The notes under the pieces were generated by a model. That model saw nothing but the letters and a program-made list of their open reading frames with translations. It did no database searches and was not told where the DNA came from. DNA of 18,385 nt, from assembly GCF_006345805.1 (NCBI RefSeq), contig NW_021824819.1:1-18385 (forward strand). Reading direction: 5' to 3'. A program made the position numbers and the translations under genes. Positions 9,743 to 18,385 of this stretch are shown here, piece by piece; position 1 is the stretch's first letter; each line of letters starts with the position of its first letter. The stretch is from Octopus sinensis (taxonomy: Eukaryota).

Positions 9743-9860
9743 TACACATACATATGTGTATGTATATATGCATATATTTATATATTATTTATATTATATG
9801 ATCGAACGCCAAGCATCCTTTTCCAAGCAAATTTTATCTATACACACACACACACACACA

Positions 9861-9944
<84 letters not shown>

Positions 9945-9959
9945 ATATATATATATTAT
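9741..9959. repeat. Compound (TACA)/(CA)n/(TA)n microsatellite
   Basis: Direct inspection. Confidence 0.9.
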
Positions 9960-10102
9960 AACAATTGCAGCGTGGTAGGTGTTTATAAGCCATTTAAGAA
10001 ACGCACAAAAACCATCAAATTAAATTTAAATGTTGACGTGAATTTAACGGTTTTTGTGTGTTTCTTAAATAGCTTAGAAACACCTACCACACTGCAATTG
10101 TT
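9960..10102. repeat. Foldback inverted repeat with 62 bp arms
   Basis: 9960-10021 (aacaattgcagcgtggtaggtgtttataagcc...) versus the reverse complement of 10041-10102: 6 mismatches, no gaps, 19 nt loop. Confidence 0.9.
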
Positions 10103-10358
10103 TTCGTTCCAGTACACGATCTCAGATCAGGTCACTTGCTATGGAAGTACATCTCCGTAAATATATATATATACTCAAGCACACACATAGATACATAAAC
10201 AAACACAATGAGAGAATGAGCGAACGAGTGAGTGCATCTGAGTTAGTGTAATAATAATATAAATAGTACTTCCAGTGAAATACGTAAGCGATGAAAATAT
10301 TGACACCTCAAGTCGAGTTTTCTCGACGCATACTACGTATGTTGTTTGCCTGAAGATC

Positions 10359-10772
10359 CTCTTTACTCTTTACTCTTTACTCTTTATTCTTTTACGTGTT
10401 TCAGTCATTTGACTGCGGCCATGCTGGAGCACTGCCTTTAGTCGAGCAACTCGACCCCGGGACTTATTCTTTTTGTAAGCCCAGTACTTATTCTATCGGT
10501 CTCTTTTTGCCGAACCGCTAAGTGACGGGGACGTAAACACACCAGCATCGGTTGTCAAGCAATGCTAGGGGAACAAACACAGACACACAAACACACTCAC
10601 ATACATATATATATATATATATACATATATACGACAGGCTTCTTTCAGTTTCCGTCTACCAAATCCACTCACAAGGCATTGGTCAGCCCGGGGCTATAGC
10701 AGAAGACACTTGCCCAAGATGCCACGCAGTGGGACTGAACCCGGAACCATGAGGTAGGTTAGCAAGCTACTT
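10359..10772 (-). mobile_element. tRNA-derived SINE family A, near full length (slightly 5'-truncated)
   Basis: Minus strand has a B-box-like ggttcagtccc, then ccttgggcaagtgtcttc, an internal (TA/TG) microsatellite, and a 3' end gctccagcatggccgcagtcaaatgactgaaac with a (AAAGAGT)-like tail. Colinear with 16561-16976. Confidence 0.9.
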
Positions 10773-11149
10773 TTCGTTTTCTCTATCAATCTGTTTCCTT
10801 CAACATCATTTCAATAGTTTTTTTATACTCACATCGACCTTTTATACACTTTCCAATGAAGCCAAATTAGACGTCGGTTAGAGTACAAATATTAATTAAT
10901 CAAATTATTATCTCCACGTGTTTCACCAAAGATTGCGACTACCGATATTAGAAGATAGTTTCGTTTAATTCTAACTGATGTAGTCTACGTAATTCATTTC
11001 AAAGGTCTATTACCGAGCGTCCACTGATCAACGAACGAAAGTGTAAGATTTCTCAATGACATTAAGTGATATAAAGACATTCTCAATAATTCGGAGAATC
11101 AAATAAGTCTCAATGATGTTAGCCATTTTCATGAAATCTGGTATTTCGT

Positions 11150-11229
11150 TTGCGTGTGCGTGTGTGTGTATGTGTGTATGCGCGTGTCTGTGCGCGTATT
11201 TATATATACATATACATGCGTATGTGTGC

Positions 11230-11297
<68 letters not shown>

Positions 11298-11321
11298 TTA
11301 TATACATATATATATACATAT

Positions 11322-11357
<36 letters not shown>

Positions 11358-11410
11358 CTATATATATATATATATATAATATATATATACGTATAATATA
11401 ATATATATAT

Positions 11411-11448
<38 letters not shown>
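11150..11448. repeat. Compound (TG)n/(TA)n microsatellite
   Basis: Direct inspection. Confidence 0.95.
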
Positions 11449-11450
<2 letters not shown>

Positions 11451-11945
11451 AGGCGCAATGGACCAGTGGTTAGGGCAGCGGACTCGCGGTCGTAGGATCG
11501 CAGTTTCGATTCTCAGATGGGGTATTGTGAGTGTATATTGAGCGAAAACACCTCAAGATCCACGAGGCTCCGGCAGGGGTTGGTAGTGAACCCTGCTGTA
11601 CCCTTTCACCACAGCCTTTCTCTCATTCTTTATTCCTGTTTCTATTGTACCTGTATTTCAAAGGGCCAGCCTCGTCACACTCTGTGTCACGCTGAATCTC
11701 CCCGATTCACGTGTCTGTGGAGCGCTCTGACACTTGCACGTTAATAAATAAGCTGCGACATCACTGGTGCCAAGCTGTATCAGTCTTTGACTTTCCCTTG
11801 GATAATATCGGTGGCATGGAGAGGGGAAGCTGGTATGCGTGGGGGACTGCTGGTCTTCCATAAATAACTTTGCCCAGACTTGTGCCTCGGAGGATAACAT
11901 TAGGTGCAATCCCATGGTCATTCATGACCGAAGAGGGTCACAACA
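11449..11945 (+). mobile_element. tRNA-derived SINE family B with a long (~200 bp) 3' tail
   Basis: Head ggaggcgcaatggaccagtggttagggcagcggactcgcggtcgtaggatcgcagtttcgattctc has A-box-like (tggaccagtgg) and B-box-like (gtttcgattc) motifs. Body is shared with 13378-13686. Resembles octopus tRNA-derived SINEs, but the exact family name was not verified. Confidence 0.85.
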
Positions 11946-11949
11946 CAAC

Positions 11950-12195
11950 ATATATATTTATATAAATAGATATTTGTGCATGTATGTATATGTTAATATT
12001 AATATATGCATATATGCATATATATAAATATATGTATAGACATATAACACACACACACACACACAACACACACACACCACACACACACACATATATATAT
12101 ATATATACATATATGAAATTTTACATAGTTCATATGTGTTTGTGTGTGTTTGTGTAGTGTACGTATAACTGTATATTTGTGTTTATATTTTTTAA
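11950..12195. repeat. Compound (TA)/(CA)/(TG) microsatellites
   Basis: Direct inspection. Confidence 0.85.
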
Positions 12196-12551
12196 GTAAG
12201 TGTAAAGATATATATAAAATACATTTCAGTATTCACAACCAAAGATTTATTGTCAACCAACTCCTCTCGAGGTTCTTAGTTGAAGAGCAATTACGATACG
12301 TTTGCTGGTGTTAAAAAAAGACATAGTTACGTTTTTATTGCCCGAATGCTAAAATGATTTTGCTAATACGAAAAACTTCAGTAAGCCCAAATGTCCAATA
12401 AAGATACTCGAAAAATAAAGTAACAGCCACTTGACGTAATGGAATGAATGCGAAGTTAGATATTCACTGTTTTTATCCGCTATGAAACCCATGGTGTCCG
12501 ATAAGCTTAATTCCGTCATCAAGAAAGGCAGGTATCAAAGTCAACACTTTG

Positions 12552-12748
12552 CGTATACATCACTATATTATATATATATATATAGACATACATATATATT
12601 TATTTATTTATTTATTTATTTATTCATTTATTTACATATGCGTGTATGTGTGTGAGTATGTATATATGTATGTATATATGTATGTATATACATATATGTA
12701 TGTATATTATATATACATATATATGTATATATATAGATACATATATGC

Positions 12749-12802
<54 letters not shown>

Positions 12803-12872
12803 CATATATATACCCTTATATGTATGCATGTATGTATATATGCGTATGTGTGTCCATATATATGTATAATGA

Positions 12873-12909
<37 letters not shown>

Positions 12910-12975
12910 AGTGTGTGTGTATGTATGTATATATATGTATGTATGTATGTATTTATATATATGTGCATACACACA
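12552..12975. repeat. Compound (TA)/(TTTA)/(TATG)/(TG) microsatellites
   Basis: Direct inspection. Confidence 0.9.
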
Positions 12976-13301
12976 AAAGAACAATACAAAATAAAAAAGA
13001 AAACTATGTTTTCAAAATCAATGTTACCATGATGCTAGTTTGACCCTTCAGTGATGGGGAATGCATTTCAGAGGGTGCCCTCCTCAGTATAATGGAGAAT
13101 TCCAACGAGTAAAAATACACTTTGTTGATGTTATAACTACAGTAAGGGCTGTAATGAGTAATTCCCACATGCTAGAAATAGATGCCAAATTGCTATAAGA
13201 ATTACATCATTTACAACCTTGCACTGGCTGAAAGCGAGAGAAATGAAAAAGATCTTTTTTAAATGGTTTAACCATAGATTGATTTCTAGTTTAGGAATAT
13301 T

Positions 13302-13686
13302 GGATGGGAAGCACTCCGTCGGTTACGACGACGAGGGTTCCGGTTGATCCGATCAACGGAACAGCCTGCTCGTGAAATTAACGTGTAAGTGGCTGAGCAC
13401 TCCACAGACACGTGTACCCTTAACGTAGTTCTCGGGGATATTCAGCGTGACACAGAGAGTGACAAGGCCGGCCCTTTGAAATACAGGTACAACAGAAACA
13501 GGAAGTAAGAGTGAGAGAAAGTTGTGGTGAAAGAGTACAGCAGGGATCAGCACCATCCCTGCCGGAGCCTCGTGGAGCTTTAGGTGTTTTCGCTCAATAA
13601 ACACTCACAACGCCCGGTCTGGGAATCGAAACCGCGATCCTATGACCGCGAGTCCGCTGCCCTAACCACTGGGCCATTGCGCCTCC
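13302..13686 (-). mobile_element. Full-length tRNA-derived SINE family B with a short 3' tail and an 11 bp target-site duplication
   Basis: Minus-strand head ggaggcgcaatggcccagtggttagggcagcggactcgcggtcataggatcgcggtttcgattccc. TSD TTAGGAATATT at 13291-13301 and 13687-13697. Confidence 0.92.
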
Positions 13687-14153
13687 TTAGGAATATTACA
13701 CCCTTTACCGTCTTCAGCATTGTACAACTCAAAGTACATAATTATAAACAGTTACACCTACCCATACAAGTATATTGTATTCACGAGCGAATGTACATAC
13801 ATTCACACTTATATAACAAGCTAAGTCTAATTTGTCAACCTCAGCCGCGTGCCAATACAACCAAAATAATCACGGAAGTGGTTTATATTTATCTTTATAA
13901 AGATTTAAACCTTTATTATAAAGATAAATATAAACCCCTTCAACCGATATATTGTTGATTTTATATATCTGACCATTGTCTGACCAGAAATATGCTGTAG
14001 GGCAAGTGGCCGAGGAGGAGGAGGAGGGGGAGGAGAACAGACGTTTGTCTGTACGGGGTGGGGGGGTTCTGTGTGTGTGCGCGCGTGCTTACGTATATGT
14101 ATTGTGCGTATGGTATGGAGTAGCGTTTTTGTGTTTGTCTGTATGTGTGTGAT

Positions 14154-14154
<1 letters not shown>

Positions 14155-14201
<47 letters not shown>
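14155..14201. repeat. (TA)n microsatellite
   Basis: Direct inspection. Confidence 0.95.
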
Positions 14202-14202
<1 letters not shown>

Positions 14203-14591
14203 TAGCAGTATCGACCGGCGTTGCTCGGGTTTGTAAGGGAAATAACTATATAAACATTTTTAGAGAGCTATAGCCCAAAAATAGCAAAAAAATGCATTAA
14301 AAATGGAGAAAAAGTGATGGTAAATTTTTTTTGAAATCGTTGACTCATCGTAGACATTTTTAGAGAGTTACTTCCCTTATATAATAGCGAAAAAATGCAT
14401 TAAAATGGAAAACAAATGATGGTAAATTTTTTTTTAAATCGTAGACTCATCGTAGACGCGCGCTAATACCCAGAAGGGCTCGATATGAATCACGACTATA
14501 AGATACCCGGTTTTGGTTAAACTGCACCGCAAAATGTGGGAGTAGTTAGGAATCTAAATCGTAGGAGACAGACACACACTTTTATATATAA

Positions 14592-14594
<3 letters not shown>
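14202..14594 (-). mobile_element. Non-autonomous Helitron, copy 1
   Basis: Minus strand begins A|TCTTTATATATAAA and ends CTAG|T. A GC-rich subterminal hairpin (ccg-agcaacgc-cgg) lies about 10 nt before CTAG. Inserted between A and T with no TSD. Contains two ~100 bp internal tandem repeats (14254-14457). Confidence 0.8.
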
Positions 14595-14634
<40 letters not shown>

Positions 14635-14645
14635 ATATATATATA

Positions 14646-15042
14646 CTAGCAGTATCGACCGCGTTGGCTCGGGTTTGTAAGGGAACTAACTATATAAACA
14701 TTTTTAGAGAGCTATAGCCCAAAAATAGCAAAAAAATGCATTAAAAATGGAGAAAAAGTGATGGTAAATTTTTTTTGAAATCGTTGACTCATCGTAGACA
14801 TTTTTAGAGAGTTACTTCCTTATATAATAGCGAAAAAATGCATTAAAATGGAAAACAAATGATGGTAAATTTTTTTTTAAATCGTAGACTCATCGTAGAC
14901 GCGCGCTAATACCCAGAAGGGCTCGATATGAATCACGACTATAAGATACCCGGTTTTGGTTAAAAAAACTCAGCACCGCAAAATGTGGGAGTAGTTAGGA
15001 ATCTAAATCGTAGGAGACAGACACACACTTTTTATATAAAGA
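14646..15042 (-). mobile_element. Non-autonomous Helitron, copy 2
   Basis: Near-identical to 14202-14594 with the same TC...CTAG termini. Separated from copy 1 by ~51 bp of (TA)n. Confidence 0.8.
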
Positions 15043-16560
15043 TATATATATATATATATATATATATATGGATTTTATATACATTTCTCTGTATATGTGC
15101 ATAAGTGTGTGTAGGAGAGAATGGGGGCTAAATGGAGGGGAAGCAGAAATGTACCGTTATATTGTATTTTGAATGTCTCTGAGTACTCATGTCCGAGACT
15201 ACATCAGTGTCCTAATGTTTGGCAGGTAGAGAGTGCTACGCTTTATGTATCCAGAAGGAAAGTTCAAAACACCTTCGTCGCTTATTTGATAAGCGATTCC
15301 GGAACACCTTTGTCTAGAGCTGAGTAATTTGGTAGAACAATTGAGAGACATGATAAAGTTCCGTAAAGTATTTTGTTTAGACAGTCTCCCTTCTGATTTT
15401 TCAGGTCGCTGTAACCTTTGAGAGATAGCCGAGTAAATAGAAGGAAGAATAATATATGCTAGCGATACACTTATTAGCTTTTGTCATCGGAATCTACACT
15501 CCTCTCAAAAAATGGGCCGCCGTGCTTGGTCAAAGGAAATCAATAATACTAAGTATGCTGCGTTGCTACAGCCACTTAAGATCTCTTTATTCCCCCAGTT
15601 TATGGAGCGAATAAATCTTGGGAGTACACTGCGGTTGATTTAATTGTTTTGGCTTTGCTACATAATCAGTATCATAAAACATATTTATTCCGGACGTAGG
15701 CGTTGTTATTGTTTTGTTAACACCTATATAGTCTATCAACGAATAAGTTATATTATTAGTTACAATGTCCCAGATAGGGTAATTTTATCTATTTCTAGGC
15801 GATGCGTTATTTATCGCACTCAATACACGATGGTAGATAAAACGAATTTCTTTTAAAAATCCTTTATTTACTGAACATTCTACGTTTGTAGGTGTTAACT
15901 TTATTGATTAGAACCAAGTTAACAATGTCCGAACAATTCTGTGGACAAACAAATTCCAGCTACCATCATTTCAGTTTTTCTCTTTCACGTATGTTCGTCC
16001 ACCATTCAAAAAAGATTCATCTAGTTATCTTCAGGATGGAGTTGGCTACCTTGTCCAGTCCCTGAACGCAAGTGTCTTTGATAACGAGGACAGTGAACAC
16101 GGGCATCAGTGAGAAACCTGATGGCGTATTCCTTATTAGCCTCTCTATATTGTTATTGTTCAACTGCGGTATCTCTTGTCGCCCCTTTTCTCTCACAGCT
16201 GTTGTGGTCTGCTGCATACAATTCTCCTCTATTCAATGTCCGGTGCTCTAATTCTTTATGGTTTATATTGAAAACCATCAATGAAATCTTAAAATGGTTT
16301 TGCAAGGATTTCTCTGGTCGTCTAAAGAGCATTTACCGTGCAGAAGTTCGCTACGGAGCGGTAATACTGTGAGCCGGTGATGTGTCAGATTTAGTGCATG
16401 AGAGATTATTTTATCTAATAGGATCTTATTTTTAAGGAAAGCATATAGTGCGATTTGAAGGATAGTTTATCAAGTAAGTACGACCTGGTGATTAGAAATA
16501 CGGTCTTACGAGTTTCAGTAAGCAGGCCGTATATTTTATACATCTGCACAAAACATTGAT

Positions 16561-16976
16561 ACTCTTACTCTTTTTTACTCTTTTACTTGTTTCAGTCATT
16601 TGACTGCGGCCATGCTGGAGCACCGCCTTTAATCGAGCAACTCGACCCCGGGACTTATTCTTTTGTAAGCCCAGTATTTATTCTATCGGTCTCTTTTGCC
16701 GAACCGCTAAGTAACGGGGACGTAAACACACCAGCTTCGGTTGTCAGGAATGCTAGGGGGACAAACACAGACACACAAACACACACATACATATATACAT
16801 TATACATATATACGACGGGCTTCTTTTCAGTTTCCGTCTACCAAATCCACTCAAAGGCTTTGGTCGGCCCGAGGCTATAGTAGAAGACACTTGCCCAAGG
16901 TACCACGCAGTGGGACTGAACCCGGAACCATGTGGTTGGTAAACAAGCTACTTACCACACAGCCACTCCGGCACCT
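16561..16976 (-). mobile_element. Full-length tRNA-derived SINE family A
   Basis: Minus-strand head ggagtggctgtgtggtaag (A box tggctgtgtgg) ... ggttcagtccc (B box), then ccttgggcaagtgtcttc, an internal microsatellite and a 3' (AAAAGAGT)n tail. Confidence 0.92.
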
Positions 16977-17340
16977 ATAATATACTTTTCCATACAGTGT
17001 CTGGGAATTGTCTTCTGACAACGATGTTGTAAGTGTTAAATAGCGGCCAATGAATTCAAGGAGTAATTCCCGCAGCATATGTACTCTTTCTGATATAGGT
17101 ACAGGGAAATATGTAATAGAGGCAATGCGCTTTTGCTGAATTTCAAGCCATTGATTTCGTTAATTCTGATATAACACGTTAAACCTGGTTATAAATAATA
17201 TGCTTTGTTGTCTGCACCTTGATTTACACCGTCCTGCATGCCAAATAATCCAGCAGACACACCACGCCGAACACCACACAGCGCTATTCATCTGCTGTCG
17301 CTAAGATATCACTACACCAACCAGACAGTAGCAGATCATC

Positions 17341-17570
17341 AGCTGGCAGAAACGTTAGCACACCGGGCGAAATGCTTAGCGGTATTGCGTCTGTCGTTGC
17401 GTTCTGAATTCAAATTCCGCCGAGGTCGACTTTGCCTTTCATCCTTTCGGGGTCGATAAATTAAGTACCAGTTACGCACTGGGGTCGATGTAATCGACTT
17501 AATACCTATGTCTGTCCTTGTTTGTTCCCTCTGTGTTTAGCCCCTTGTGGGTAATAAAGAAATAGAAATA
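17341..17570 (+). mobile_element. SINE family C (Meta-domain-like), copy 1
   Basis: tRNA-like head (agctggcagaaacgttag...gttctgaattcaaattcc) followed by gcctttcatcctttcggggtcgataaattaagtaccag, which resembles the MetaSINE central domain from memory. The 3' tail ends aataaagaaatagaaata. Confidence 0.8.
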
Positions 17571-17752
17571 GGTATTGCGTCTGTCGTTGCGTTCTGAATT
17601 CAAATTCCGCCGAGGTCGACTTTGCCTTTCATCCTTTCGGGGTCGATAAATTAAGTACCAGTTACGCACTGGGGTCGATGTAATCGACTTAATCCATTTG
17701 TCTGTCCGTGTTTGTCCCCTCTATGTTTAGCCCCTTGTGGACAATAAAGAAA
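17571..17752 (+). mobile_element. SINE family C, 5'-truncated tandem copy 2
   Basis: 190 bp period relative to copy 1. 17571-17693 is identical to 17381-17503. Confidence 0.85.
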
Positions 17753-18124
17753 CAGTTAAATACTCTGTTAAGTAGAAGCCATTCCTTAAAACTCAAGCCT
17801 GAAGTAATGATATCGCCGATGCATCATATATTTCTTATACTTAGTTGACTTAGCGACGCTAACATCAAGATGGAGATGCAGATGTGTTATTGGTGAGTTA
17901 TTACCAGAACAAGGTGACTCTGGTTGACCCATGAGGATTAAGCAATCCATGTAATAAAAATGCGAAGTTTCTAAACTTCGCTTCTAAATATCCGAGGATG
18001 TGGACTGGTTTCTCACGTCCGCGAAACTTTAAGTAACATGAGGTGCTGAATCAGCCTCTTATGCAATAATTACGTACAACTTCAATTATGTCTTAAGTGT
18101 TGCTTCCGTTATTTTATCTACTTG

Positions 18125-18139
18125 TATATATATACATAT

Positions 18140-18208
<69 letters not shown>

Positions 18209-18217
18209 ATATATATT
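18125..18217. repeat. (TA)n/(TACA) microsatellite
   Basis: Direct inspection. Confidence 0.95.
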
Positions 18218-18385
18218 GCATGTACTCGTGTAGATAATATTCTCACATGAAATATAATAGTCGAGTTAATGTCCTTTAATAATCTATACGGCTATCAGCT
18301 GTTTTATAATCTTTTTATAGTATATAAGTTGTCAGATTAGTAATTAGCATATACCAGCAACGCAACTGGATTTCAACGGGAAAAT

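Noticed and set aside
10350-10356. CTGAAGA heptamer next to a SINE tail
   Set aside because: No stem II or downstream GAAA. The other CTGANGA hits at about 1434, 13712 and 16028 fail the same way.
11449-11525. tRNA gene calls for the SINE heads (also 13610-13686, 16895-16969 and 17341-17420)
   Set aside because: They have A/B boxes but no closing acceptor stem, and each continues into a repeated SINE body.
549-12984. Numerous ORFs rich in YI/IY, HT/TH and CV/VC repeats in the ORF track
   Set aside because: They are translations of (TA)n, (CA)n, (TACA)n and (GATA)n microsatellites, not genes.
13050-13095. Minus-strand CTGAGGA...GAAA hammerhead-like motif
   Set aside because: Stem II register is poor and the flanks (ccattata versus ccccatc) cannot form stem I.
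17854-17892. Possible 39 nt micro-exon (ttAG...TTG|GTGAGT)
   Set aside because: The donor is good, but the acceptor is weak, the peptide is unrecognisable and there is no partner exon. Such sites are expected by chance.
17962-17981. Near-palindrome gcgaagttt-ct-aaacttcgc and neighbouring small stems
   Set aside because: Short stems are expected by chance in 18 kb, and there is no context for a terminator or ncRNA.

Overview
Repeat-dense, AT-rich eukaryotic DNA, intronic or intergenic. It is most likely from an octopus (coleoid cephalopod), inferred from my recollection of its tRNA-derived SINE families and the very high microsatellite load. No intact host gene is supportable: almost all ORFs in the supplied track are translations of (TA)n/(CA)n/(TACA)n microsatellites or pieces of dead retroelements. 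The window holds three SINE families (seven copies or fragments), a 5'-truncated L1/Tx1-like LINE, a decayed mariner transposase, two tandem non-autonomous Helitrons and two foldback hairpins. The most notable structure is a ~3.2 kb ORF-less element (4794-8003) bounded by ~290 bp inverted repeats. Each repeat carries a minimal type I hammerhead ribozyme motif of the Penelope-like-element (PLE) kind, and between them lies a strongly strand-biased, hierarchically duplicated CA/TG-rich body. A second, degenerate PLE-type hammerhead lies at 846-880. The 3' 40 nt of one SINE family match the 3' end of the L1/Tx1-like LINE in the same window (33/40 ungapped), which suggests a SINE-LINE partnership. 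All family assignments come from motif recognition by eye, not from database searches.
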